From NCBI GenBank assembly GCA_951406725.2, contig OX597833.1:30690001-30754000 (forward strand): a stretch of DNA of 64,000 nucleotides, written 5' to 3'. Below, in pieces: positions 38,141-51,300 of the stretch; position 1 is the stretch's first letter; each line of letters opens with the position of its first letter. A program made the position numbers and the translations under genes. This DNA is from Octopus vulgaris (lineage: Eukaryota). The notes below the pieces were generated by a model. That model searched no databases, was not told where the DNA came from, and saw only the letters and a program-made list of their open reading frames with translations.

Positions 38141-40176
38141 CTCGCATTTGGCAGAACTCATAAACATACAATAGCCTTCAACCTGCATACACTACACCAT
38201 CATTGTATTTGCTACATGTCTTGCAAACAACTTGCACATGCAAGTGCTACCAGTCAAAAACTCCGCATACCGGAAGCCATCAATGCACATCGGCCCCCCT
38301 CACTGATATGAGGCCCCGCTTGCTAGATCAGATGGTTATCAAATAAAGCTCAATATTCTTCTAGCCATCGCTCATCGTCTCTTTTTAACCAAATCCAGTA
38401 GCTAGCCTTCTCCACTGTAGTTTGGATATCGGTCATGGTGGTATTGACTTTACGATGAGTTAGGGATGAAGGAACATTAAACCTTTGAAGGTGTTCATGG
38501 GAGAGACATCTGATAGAGGTCAGAGGATAGAGACTTCCAGTACAGGCAGTGGGGGAGAGATAGAATTGGGCACCATGAAACAGCAAAAACTCAGACTGCT
38601 GGTGTGAGAAAACATTAATGATAATAATGAGATAGAGTTGGACTTTTGAATTCTTAACTAGAGTTATAACCAAGTTTTCGGTCAGCCAAACTGTGACAAA
38701 ATTAGATAAATGAATGAATAAATAACAATAATAAATGAGCGTGAAAGAGGGGGAGAAGGGAGAAAGAGTGAGTTGGATTGAGTGTAGGGATCTTAAGTTT
38801 TTTTCTCTAAACATAAGGCATGGAAGATGAAACTGTGTTTATATAGATTGATAATGAAATAGATAGTTAATGAAATGAAATAATAAGGTAATTATAGTCT
38901 GCACTAAAAAAAAAGAGGTTTTAGATGTATGCTAGGTTGGAAAACAAGGTTGCTTATCTGAACATCTGGTTTCTACTCCATGTGGTGAGGTGTGTGTACA
39001 CACACGTGAGGGTTGGTGATAGGAAAGGCATTCAGTCATAGAAAATAGTTCTCAATAAACTCTGTGTGACCCACGCAAACATGGAAATGTGGCAATTAAA
39101 AATAGGATGATGAATATTGTAAAGTGTGTCTACCCTTCCATCTGATCCTTGCTTTTGAGGAAACATTTTCCTGTATCTTTATTTACTCAACCTTCTATCC
39201 TCTGGCCTCTTGCATACTTTCTGTAGAAATATTTCAGTTTATCTATTCCTATTACAAGATGTGTATCTGTCATGAAATTAATTTCACTAATAATATGAAC
39301 CCAATAACAAACATATCTCTCATGAACTGTAACTCTTCTGACTTTGTCCATTCTTTAACCATTTTAAAAGAATCAATATCAACAGCTTCAATAGTTAAGT
39401 GGTTTTTACAGGAAAAAAACCTTCTATGACAATGATATTTATCCACACATTGGTCATGGTTTGTGTCAGTTTGTTGACATGTTTCATCGTTTATGTGTAT
39501 GACCTTGCACACAATCTGTCCTTGAATCTGCCTGACAAATCATTGCCCTAACACCCATTCAAAACATGTTCACCACTTACTTTTCCTCTCTATCAACCAC
39601 TGTTTTCACATTCTCATGAACTTAGCTACCCATTTATCCTATCCAATCCTCTGTACTACTTCATGTATATTCACCTTTCTGTAACTTGACACATCTTCAC
39701 CAGCTTATTTTGTCTCTCTCTCTCCTTTCTCTTTTCCAAGCATCTTCTCAGCAGCAACACACCTGTTTCTGTCTGTTATGTGTAGTTTGGGTTCTAATGG
39801 GATAGACAACCAAATGAAAACCATTGTTATTGTTACGTGTTTATTTACTTCTCATGTTACACGGACTCGACGTTCAGTGTAGTAATACATTATATACTTT
39901 ACACACAGTTGTACTGCTCACTAACAAAATAGTGCCAAGAGTGGGGATGTAGTTTGGCATACGTAAACACATAGATATGAATGTGTAACATCCCTTCTTG
40001 AAAAAAAAATAAAGGGGTCTTTTGGCAGTGAAGACAATATAAGTAGTCTCCCTTACTCTATGGATTGTCAGCCTGAGGTGGCAATCCTACAGCAGAAATC
40101 GTGAGATTATTCTGCCTCTGCTTTGTAGTCTAGCTGTATTAGTTACTTCTCTTTTCATTTTCCCTTTTTTTTTTCT

Positions 40177-41517
40177 TTAACGGTATCGAACCGGTGGCAG
40201 AATGTTCTTTCTCCATCTGGTGGATCTTGTGCTTCGCACCGGTGTCCGAGGTGTGTTGTTGGGCTGCTGATAGGTGGTTGGTGCACGTTGGGGTGATGAT
40301 TCTGTGGGTGTTGTCACTAATGCAGCAGGTGTTGTACACGTTGTCCTCGACAGCTCTGGTGTTGGGCGGATGTGGGCCCTGTTGCGTCTCAGCTGCCTAC
40401 CAGATTCTGTTTCTATTATATATGATCTTGGAGTTACAGCTCTACTGACAACCTGTGCTGGGATCCATGTTTTAGTTATGGGATCTTGAGTATGCACATG
40501 TTGTCCTCCAAGTATCTCAGGTAAATATTGTGCATGTTTGTTGTAATACCTCTGTGATTGTTCTTGAGTGGCTGCTAGCTTTGCCTTTGTCTCTTCCTGG
40601 TCAATAGGAGGTTGGATCTTAGTTGGCAGGGTAGTTTTGTACTTCCTGCCATTCAGCAATTCTGCTGGGGATTTCATATCAGCTCTCAGTGGTGTCGCTC
40701 GTAGGGACAGAAGTGCCAGGTGTGGGTCTTCCTTAGTCTCTCGGCATTTGACTAGTGTTCTCTTCACTGTCTGCACCTATCTTTCTATAAACCCATGGCC
40801 TTTGGGGTAGTGTGGAGATGAAGTTGTAATATTGAACCCATACTCATCGGCTAGCTTTTTGAATTCTTGTGATGTGAACTGGGTTCCATTGTCACATATG
40901 ATCTGCTCTGGTATTCCTTGCTCTGCTAGAAGTCCTCGAGCCACTGTAGTGATTGTTTTGGCTGTCAGGTCTTTCCCTTTTCTCACAAATGGAAATTTGG
41001 AGTAGTAGCAGGCCATTATCAAATACCATTCTTGGCCCTCTGTGAACAGATCTACTCCAATAGTTTGCCATGGCCTTCTTGGGATGTCACTAGATATCAT
41101 TTCCTCCTTTTGTTGTGAGTTTCTGTACTTTTGACAGATGTGGCATGTAGAAACTGTCTTTTCTATGTCTTTGTACATGCCTACTCAATATACTGCTGAC
41201 TTGGCTCGGAGCTTGCATTTCTCCATTCCAAGATGCCCTTGGTGGATCTTGTCAAGAATCTCTTCTTGCATTGACTTGGGTACAATTATTCGGGATCCAG
41301 CCATCAGGATTCCATTCTCCACTGATATATCATCATGGATGGCCCAATATTCACGAATCAGGGGTTGCACCTGATGTCGCTTTTCTGGCCACCCCTGAAT
41401 CACCATCTGAGTAAGGAGCTGAAGTTCTTCATCTTTGCTGGTCTCCTCTTTGATTTCCGCTAGCTTTGTGGTTGTCACATTTACAATGTGGTGGACCTTT
41501 ATGCTTAGTCCTTCCAT
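40177..41517 (-). pseudogene. Integrase region with two in-frame stops
   Basis: GWP, IHQGHLG...CHIC (HHCC), PWQTIGVDLF, ICDNGTQF and SSPHYPKGHGFIER. Confidence 0.92.
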
Positions 41518-41541
41518 CTCCTGTTTGTTTGTGATTGGTGG

Positions 41542-42775
41542 TCAGTCTTTGATAGGCATATCACTGTCAATCCTGCTTGGAGCTGCTTTCACTTCAGCAT
41601 TGATTGACACAATATTTAGCTTTTTGCAGGTATTGAGTCCAAGAATTGCTGACCCTTCTGTTCTTGTGACATAAAAAGAACACTTAATTATTTTTCCTTT
41701 GTGTGTCCCTGTGATAGTTGTTTTACCCAATTGTGGAATCTGGTTCCTCCATACGTAGTGAGGATTACATCACTTGGTGTGAGGATTCCTTTCCTGACCC
41801 TATCCTCTTCTGGGAACATCTTCTTGTATAAGCTGACAGGCAAGATATCACTCTGGACCCCAGTGTCAATCTTTAGCCTTAAGTCTATGTTTGTTCGTTT
41901 CCTGCCAGACTTCTTCTGTATTTTTATTGTTGTGTATGCCTCATCTTCTTTCTTCCGGTTGTCCTTTCCCATCTCATGCACATTTATTATGCCGACTGCC
42001 AAGAATTCCTCCTCTGAGGTGTTTTGTTCCTGTTGTTGTGCATGTATATCTCTTCTATTTCTGCTCCTCTTTGAAAATTGGGGCTTGTATTTCTGGGATT
42101 TTATTAACCTACACATTTTTTCCCAGTGGTTAAGTTTTCCACATGCTTTGCAGTGTGTACCGAATACAGGACATTTTTTTCGGTTATTAAATTCATGCTC
42201 TGTACCACAGTACTGGCATGTTCTTTGTTTGTGGGTATGTGTTCTGTGCCTAGATACAATATCTACACTGCTATCTAGTGAGCTTGTTTGTAAGCTAAGT
42301 GAGGCCATTTGTTTGGTAGTGGCTTCGAATGCTCTTGCAGTGTCTACTGCTTCTACCAACTGGAGAGTGTCCTTACCTATTAGTGATTTTTGTACTTCTT
42401 TGTGGGTACACCCCCATATTAATTGGTCTACAATTCTCTCCTCCCTGTCTTTGAATTTGCATTTCTCTGCAACATTTTTCAGTCTTGACAGGAAATTGTC
42501 AATTGTTTCTTGTGGGTCTTGTTTCAGGCCCTGGAATTCGTATCTGTGAATTCTATGGTTCGACCTGGGCTCTAGGTGCCTTTCAAATTTCTCAAGAAGT
42601 GTGTCTGGGTTATTGCAGTCCGATTCTGACATATCCCAGCTATTGAATAGGTCTATTCCTTTATTACCTGACCATAAAAGGATATAGCTTACCTTCTCAT
42701 CATCATATGTGCCTTTCAGGAAACTTTTGAAAGCTAGTTGAGTTTTTTGTTTGAATTTTTAAAATGCTTCTACGA
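41542..42775 (-). pseudogene. Gag (two Cys/His knuckles) and aspartic protease
   Basis: CQYCGTEH...CP, CKACGKLNHWEKMC, LKIDTG and AILG. There is an early stop and a frameshift. Confidence 0.9.
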
Positions 42776-44499
42776 CATCACTAGAATCCCAATTCATAAT
42801 CGGATGTAGATTCATCTGTACGGTGACGGGGGTCGCCGTCTTGGATCGTCGTGTTTGTTGTCCTAAGATGAAGCGATGTTTTGTTTGTTAATTCCTTGTT
42901 CGTTGTGTTTCTGTTTCGTTGTAAAGGCACAGTTTCCGATTAATTATCTCACCACTGCCACCATGTTATGTGTAGTTTGGGTTCTAATGGGATAGACAAC
43001 CAAATGAAAACCATTGTTATTGTTATGTGTTTATTTACTTCTCATGTTACACGAACTCGACGTTCAGCGTAGTAATACATTATATACTTTACACACAGTT
43101 GTACTGTTCACTAACAAAATAGTGCCAAGAGTGGGGATGTAGTTTGGCATACGTAAACACATAGATATGAATGTGTAACACTGTCTATCATACTTTAACT
43201 TCTTATCACCTAGCACAAAGTCACATCCCTCCATACCACACTCCACTCAGTTGAGGGGTCTTATTTTGTAAGTTATTTGGTGACTTCTGATGCTGATGTC
43301 ACGTAAAAAAGCACCCAGTACTCTCTGTAAAGTGGTCAGTGTTAGGAAGGGCATCCGGCTGTAAACAGAGCTTGGTGCAGTCCTCTCACTCACTAACTCC
43401 TGTCAAATTGTCCAACAGACATTAATCACAGCCAAAGTAGGCAAATGTGTTTTCATAGCTCCTGCCAGTGGGTAGTCAAGGAACAGAAAATGAAACAGAA
43501 TTCAACTCAACCCAATTATTCAATAGAAATGCCTTCAAAACCCATGCTTTGTAATCATAAGAAGATAAAGTAGTCTCTATGAAGATTTAAATAATGTTAT
43601 ATACCATAAAACAAATGTAAAATGGCAGTGCTTGGTTCCAAAACTCTATGATAGATAATATCTTATTGAGAACCCTCATGTTACCATTGCCCCAGACCCG
43701 TGAGTACATAGTAAATTTTCTTTACTTCCTGCTTTTTATATATACATTGATCTCACATTTCATACATTCAAATACATTCCACCTCCACATCCATAGAGCA
43801 ATGTTATACTGTCACATGGACTCATCAATGCACAATACGTCTACAATAAACAAAAATAAACAAATGTGATCCGAGAGGAAAATCAACATTCACATAAATG
43901 CATGGTTCTGTCTTTTCAAGACTGAAGACATAGATGCTACATGACTGACTTACTTTGCCAAAAGAACACTCAAACTGTTCGATATCCAATTGGAGAAGCA
44001 GATACAGAACAAACCCAAGCATATTTGTCCCTTGTTTAAATTAATTCACAGGAATTTTGAAAAGCTTCAACATATATTTTCTCCAACTACCCTTCAACAA
44101 CAAGAAAGGGGAACTGCCACAGAAACAGCAGCAGCAACAACATGACCACCAGTCACAGTCGCTCCTCAATCCTGGCCCAGTTGACGACCCTTAAAACTCC
44201 ACAATCAGCAGCCCTTTACATTCTTCATTACAACTGACCCATCATCATCATTGTCATCTTTCTCTACTGCTGCTACCACAACTAAACAACTACACAGGCA
44301 ACAGTCACAGTCACCCCTCTAGACTTGCGCTATTGTCTCTTTATGATTGTGCCGATAACAGAACATATCACTAAGATTTGAGAATTTGTATCACCCCAGA
44401 TATGGGTTAGGTCTCCCTTTGAGGATGACAGAGCATGCCAAGAGTCAAAGTGACATACATGGGGGGTGGGGTTGGAGTAAAAGAAAGAGTTTAAAAAGG

Positions 44500-45690
44500 G
44501 GTATCACTTTGCTTGGCCAGCTTATCAGAAACCTTCCTACCTCTCCTTGGGTGAACACTTCATCCCATCTGCCTCTGAAGTTCAACGGGGTGACCCACTT
44601 GGACCTGCTCTATTTGCACTGTGTATTGATGATGTTACCAAGATAGGAGCTGACCTAGACTTGATTGTCTGGTATCTTGATGATGCTTGTCTAGAGGGGG
44701 GGGGGCTCCTAGCAAGGTTCTTGCAACTGTGAGGCTGATGATTGAGGAACTTGGTTGTAGGGGCCTTAGCATTGTTTCAAATGTGAGCTCTGGCTCCTCA
44801 ACCATCCAACTTCACATCAGCAGATTGTAAACCTGTTTACAGACACCTTCTCCTCTATCGCAGTTCCTCCTTCATCAGCATCATGTTCTCTTGGAGCCTC
44901 AATTACTGACCAAGCCTTTGAGTCCATCTTTCAATCCAAAATTACTAACTGAGCAACTTATAAAAAATCTTCAGGTAACTGAGCCCCACCAAAGTTTTAT
45001 ATACTGAGGAATTACTTGTCAATTCCTAAGTTTTTGTATTTTCTCAGAGTTAGTCCCTCTTATAGATTCTCATTGTCTCTCCAATGCTTTGACAACCTAA
45101 TCTTCAGGAAACTCTCCCCATGTCAGACTCTCCCCAGAGTCCTGTGACCAGGCTGCTTTGCCTAAACAGTTTGAGGGTCTAGATCTGCACAAGTGATCAT
45201 CTTTATCTCTTCCCTGTTTCTTTCCTCCATCCAGGCTTGCTCCCCTTTAGTAGGCAACATCCTCTCCTCTCCAACAAGGTCTAGGAGATGGATGAATCTC
45301 TATTACAGTGGAGAGAGCTGGGTCTGTCAATTCCTGTTACAGTTGAGTATAGATAGAAGCATAGAGTATGGGACAAACTGCATTTACTCGTCACACTCAG
45401 CTAAACTTAATCATTAAGGTGTGCCCTGGCTTGGATTAATATTCACTCAGTTCTGGAGCTGGCAGGATTATCCAGAAGTGATGATAAGAGACCAAATGGT
45501 CTTACCCTCAGTTCATGGATAAGAGGTAGCTGCCTCATCTGGGACGCCACAGTCTGTGATTCTTTTGCCCCCTCCCACATCCTGGATGCTGCGGTAAATG
45601 GGAGAGTCACTGCTTCTGTAGGTGAATGGAACAAAACCCTGACGTATTGGGACCTGACAGTGATCTATCTCTTCCAGCTTGTTGCATTTA
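44500..45690 (+). mobile_element. CRE-like LINE, second decayed copy with internal deletion
   Basis: EVQRGDPLGPALF, VWYLDDAC and KRPNGLTL..W..G.CLIWDATV; homologous to 19453-22075. Confidence 0.85.
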
Positions 45691-46439
45691 AGATGTTTTC
45701 TTTTGTTAAATATATTCCTGTTCATATTTTGAATAAAAGATAGTAGCTGAAAAGAAATTAATATATATATACACACACACACACATACATACACTTTTCC
45801 TCTTCTCCTTCCCTCTGTTGCTTTTCATATTTGGCATTCTGTTTTCCAATTTCCATGTTTCTTAAAGAATTATCTTTTAGTTGTCTTACCTTGTCCCTTT
45901 AGCATTCAGATTACTCTGTCAATTGTAATACTTATTCATTCATATTATTTAGAATTAACGATGCATTATTCCATAGCTTTGAGATTTTTATGATGTAATT
46001 GTTTATGATTTGACTGACATTGTCATGTATGTGTGAGAGGCCTAATTTGGTCAGTTTGAACATAAGACAGACAGAACATTTTGGGCTGGATATAGCCAGT
46101 TTAAATGCTAAAGGTTTTTCAAATTTGCTAGAGTTGATTATCTCCCCTCTTTGACCAGCATCCAACATTTGTCACCTTATTACCTCATTCCTTATTCTTC
46201 ACTTATTCAATTCCCTTATTTTTCAACTTTCTCTTCCTCTTCCTTCTTCTTGACCCTCCTCCTCTCTACTTTCAATCTATCTATTTGATCCCATACAAAA
46301 TGCAAATCAGTGGCACTGATAGAAACATTAGAATCTTCCTTTTATTCTCAGCAAACTGATTTATTATAGTTTAGAACTAGAGATATCTAATAAGCTCACT
46401 AGTAATTTTCTTCCTATATACAGAATGGATTATCATTAT

Positions 46440-48060
46440 TCAATTTGACTCAAGTTTGTTCTTATTCCTGATACAATTTATGTGGGTAGCAGGTTACTAC
46501 CCATAACCTGAGATATCCACAAGCTTTCAATAATCTTTCAAGTGCTCAAAACCTCCCTGGTAATCTTTCCTGCCCCTAAATGGCAAACTTTCTGTAGAAG
46601 CTCTTTGGGACATTCTATTCCAATCTCCTCCAACCATTTGTCTATATCATTTTTCACAGTTCCTAATGCACCAATTATTACAGGAACAATTTTTACAATT
46701 TTCATACTCTAAATTCTAACAATTTCAAATTTTAAGGGATTGTAGTTTTTCATTTTTCTTCTTTCTTATAATCCAAGAATCAAATGGACATGATGGATCA
46801 ATTAGTAAGCAATTTCACTTTCCCATATCTGTTATCATTATGTCTGGTTTATTATTTTCTAGCTTCTTATCCATTTGAATGGGAAAATTCAAAAAAATCT
46901 CTGACTCAAGAACTCTTTCAACCCAATGATCATACCAAGTACTGCTTAAATCCCAATTTTTGACAAAGCTTTCACAGCAAAAACTTTCACAACTTGGTCA
47001 TGCCTCCATTTCTTATATTTCAATAAGCCAACCTGGGACATTCTGTAACAATGTGTGCCAAATTCCACACACTCTACATTTTGCTGATACTGTCTCCCCG
47101 TACACATATTTTCTCAAGTTGTTTGTTATTGATACATGATCTTGAGCTGTTATGATAAGGCTCTCTGTTTCTTTTTTAATTGCCCTCTTTTGTTTTAACT
47201 GAGTCCAGGATTTTGTTCCACATACATCCTCAGTGGTTTTCCAAAACAGATCATGCAAAGCTTTCTCTTCAGCCTTTTTAACATACTCTCTTTGAATTTC
47301 ATTCTTGTTCTTTTCTTCTATTCCACACTTCATCACCCGTTCTTTATTCACTGTCTTCAGTAATTTCTCTGTACTGTTCTATAGATATTCTAGTACACAT
47401 TTTCTTTCTATCTGCACACACTCTTCCACAGCAATTAAGCCTGTTCCACTTTGGTTTTTTTTCAAGTACAACTGGTTAATATTAACTTTCAGACGGTGAG
47501 CTCCATACATTGTCAAAATCTTTCAAAATTTTCTATCAAGTCGCTTTTGGTCCAATTTACAATTCCAACTTTGTATCTGATTATCAGTACTGCTCTTACA
47601 TTCATTGTTTGTTTATTTGGCATTTCAATTCACTAGCTTTCTTCAAATTTTAATATCACACTGGACTGTTCTAAAGTTTTCCCCCAAACTTTCTTCTATC
47701 CCAGGAATCACTTCCTAATGTTCTCTCCTATATTTCCCCCCAAAAGACGCCTTCTATTTGATTGAAACAATGTATTCTGGTCAAAACCTTTGCATTCAGC
47801 ATCATATCTTATCAATTTGACCTTTAACACTGTCACCCTTTGTGACAATTCTTTATGTACAATTCTTTTGTATTGTCTATTCAATTTTCTGATTACTATC
47901 ACATTCTTGAGTTCTCCTCTTATTATCCTATTCAATTGCCCAGTTCTTTTTGTATCTTTACCAACTTCATTCATAATCTCTTCCTCCAGTTTGGTTCTCT
48001 CTTTTCATTTCCCATCTTTTCTTCAACAGTCTTCTACTTGTATCCTATTATGTCAACTAC
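46440..48060 (-). mobile_element. R4/Dong-like non-LTR retrotransposon remnant
   Basis: KKETESLIITAQD...CRVCG, RHDQV, NKPDI, IVPVIIGALG and QNTLFQSN. Confidence 0.8.
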
Positions 48061-48107
48061 TACATTAGCAGCAGCTATGGTTAGCTGGTTTGCTTCACTA
48101 ATGCTCT

Positions 48108-48312
48108 TGGCAAGCTGGCATAATTGTTAGTACACCAGACAAAATGCCTTGTGGCATTTCATCTGTCTTTATGCTCTGAGTTCAAACTACCCAAGGCTAA
48201 CTTTACTTTTCATCCTTTTGGGATTGATAAAATGAGTACCAGTTGAGCACTGGGGTCAATGTAATTGACTTACCCACTCCCCTGAAATTGCTGCCTTGTG
48301 CCAAAATTTGAC
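48108..48312 (+). mobile_element. SINE family 2 (Meta-domain-like)
   Basis: GGCAAGCTGGCA..ATTGTTAG head, GAGTTCAAA B box and TTTCATCCTTTTGGGATTGATAAAATGAGTACCAG core. Confidence 0.75.
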
Positions 48313-48329
48313 AATGACAATGACGACGC

Positions 48330-51300
48330 CCCATGTCTTTCTGGGTCTATTTCTTCCATGAATTCCATTCACTTTGAGTGATCAACACTTCTTTATGGAG
48401 CTGCTGTTGTCATCCATCCACATCACATGACCAAACCTTCTCTCTTGTCCACTGCATCTAATTCCTCTTATGCCTAGCTTTTCTGTCAGTACACTAGCAC
48501 TCTGTTGCACATGTACACTAACAGTACATATCCAACAGAGCATACTATCTCATTCCCCTGTATTTAAAATGTAAAATTGCTGTTTGCATACATGCATCAT
48601 ACAATCTTCCTTTCACTTGGAGGAAGAGACCTTTGGCTGTCAACAGAGGAAAAGCTCTCTGAATTTTCTCTATCCTATTCTTATTCTAGCTATTACACTT
48701 TCCATACATCTTTCCCCACTACTAATTTGGTCCATGAGGTAGCAGAAATTATTCACAACCTCTAAAGAGCTGGTAGTGATCCTATACAACGGTGCGCGCG
48801 CACGCACCGCCCTTTTCTGTTTCGCGTATGCGGAGTTGGTGCTTTCACCAACGGAAGAAGGATTTTGCTGATGTGGCAGTTAGCCGAGGCAAGGGAGCGT
48901 GAACCTTAAAAGGGTCCGGAGAGATAGCAGCAGTAGGCAGTGACTTGAGACACGGCGGCTGAAGGCACTAGACGTGTAATTCTCTCTCTGTCCGGATTTG
49001 ATATAGCAGCAGTCGGCAGAAGACTTTCAACCTGACATTTGTTGCAGACCACATTATCTTCTTCTCCCTCTGGACGCCATCTTGGCAGTGTTGTTTGCAT
49101 TTGAACATTGTAAAATCTTACAAGCGATAAAGTTCAGCTCTGACACATCCATACCAAGCGGAACCAGATATACCACTTATTTCGTGTTGGATAAGAGAAT
49201 AAAGTATATATATTTTTTACGTTTGCGTCTTGTTGTTTCTGACTGGTAGAATCTGGATATTAAAGCAACGGTAATTTGTATGCACCACATGCACTCTAAA
49301 AGTGCATGAAGCTACTAGTTCCCGTTACACTGGTGACCCCCCGACGTGATTCTGGTCTTAAACCAGAGATCACTTAACAACAAAAAAATCCAGTTTTTCT
49401 GCCAAGTCTGAACACGATCAACCTACGCATTCATCTTTCGACGATTTGTTTCCGGTCCCCTCAAACAGTTATAAAAGGAGCCTTTCTTATTCTTCAGCAA
49501 TAATGACGGACGCCATCATATCAACGATGCCTTTTCTCTGCCGTCGTCACCACCATCGTCGTTTTTCAACTTCACGTCGTCGCTATCTTCGTCGCCATCA
49601 ACACTAAGCAACAATGTGTCTCAAGTCCACCACAGTCGCCTTCAACAATATGTAAATAGCAACTCGCGGAAGTTTAGCTTTCACGCTGTTTGTGTATACA
49701 CACCAGAATTAACAGCACAGTCTACCTGCGAGATCTTCTGTACCAATTTAACCTGTCACAGCATTGAAGCCACAACTGCTACACGACATGTGTTCAACCG
49801 GCATCTGCTTTTGTGATCTCAACATTCTGTTACAGAACGAACTGCTATTATGTATCAGGCTATTACGGACTGGTAAATTAACTCCATCATCTGAAATACC
49901 CTGAGAGACTTTTTCTATGCGCTGTATTTTATTTTGTCCGCATTCACCTTGTTGTATTTTCTGTCGCACACACGTACACACACAAATGCTATCTCTGTCA
50001 CATTCATACATCACACATGCCTTTCCTCGCTTGTTTTTCCATGCTAAATTTGCCTTTGTGGACACAACTCATTTCTGTAAGACCCTAGGTCAGTCACGTA
50101 TACATAGAGAAAGTTGTTTGTCCATTATAACGTGCCAGCATGTCACACTTTTGTTCCTGCACGACCGAGGCATATAATCGCTCAAGCACTGGCTGGCAGC
50201 TTCAGCCTTACTACATTAACCACTGGCATATTCATTGCTGTGTTTCAGTCTAGCAAGCCCTATTGCATTCATGTACCTCTGTTCTGCACATGTACTGCCT
50301 TGTTTTGCAACACGTTTGCGTCAGCTTAATTCTTTTCCCGACTCAAAGAACGTCGGATGTTCACATGCGCTGCGCCCATGTTTAGGCGTAATTTCCCCCC
50401 GTTAGACCCCTGTTGGTCACGTAATTAACAGAGAGAATTATCTGTCTCGCGCATCACTCCAGCATGCTTACACTGTCACCTTTGCTAACCTTACACTTTC
50501 AGCTGAAGCACTGTCTGCCTTTTGTGTTACTAGCGATCTATCTGTCAATTCCATTTCCTCTCCTGCAGCAATTGACTTAACTGCTATTTCGCAGGATCAA
50601 CCACCTTTAGAGGAGTTGGATTTAACTTCGCCTAAGTTTATTAACTGTAAGTTTGCCTAGCTTCCGCTCCTTTCAGCGGAAGGCTCTATACTTTGTGACG
50701 TATCCACCGGTTCACCTAGACCATTAGTACCTGAGAAACATCAACGTTCTGTGTTTGATGCTCTTCATTCACTGTCACATCCAGGTGTCTCTGCCACAGT
50801 TCTTTTGGCCCAATATGCGACGATCGATTACCTCTTGGGCACGCTCTTGTTTGAAGTGCCAGAGTGCTAAGGTCCATGGACACGTTCGTGCTCCACTTGG
50901 ACAGTTTTCTTCTCCTGAAGCCCGTTTCGCCATGTCCACCTCGATTTGGTTGGACCATGGCCTGTGAGTAATGGGTTCTCATATATATTTAACTTTATCG
51001 ATCATTTCTCACGTTGGCTGGAAGCTATTCTTATTCACACATGCACTTTTGATTTTTGCTCATTTTGAGTATTTTTTCTCTTTTTCCTTTTGGTAAATTT
51101 CTTGTGTATATTGTAAATTCTGCCATTTTGTTATATTGTGTGCTATTTTGGTTATCTGGTGTCCACCTTGAGTTTTTAAAGTCACTACAAGGAATTTTGT
51201 GTCGTGCTTACGCACTGGGGTGGAGCTTTGTAGTGATCCTATACAACGGTGCACGCGTGAGCACTGCCCTTTTCTGTTTCGCGTATGCGGAGTTGGTGCT

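Larger units (their letters stand above)
39774..43180 (-). mobile_element. Ty3/Gypsy (Mag-like) LTR retrotransposon lacking RT and RNase H
   Basis: 217 bp TG..CA LTRs at 39774-39990 and 42964-43180 (4 transitions counted), 5 bp TSD CTGTC, PBS TGGTGGCAGTGGTG (tRNA-Leu-like) and PPT AAGAAGGGA. Confidence 0.95.

Noticed and set aside
41701-42549. 282 aa plus-strand ORF
   Set aside because: Antisense shadow of gag with no recognisable motif.
48906-49100. Identical 64 aa ORF at two loci (also 51363-51557)
   Set aside because: It is simply the antisense reading of the two LTRs.
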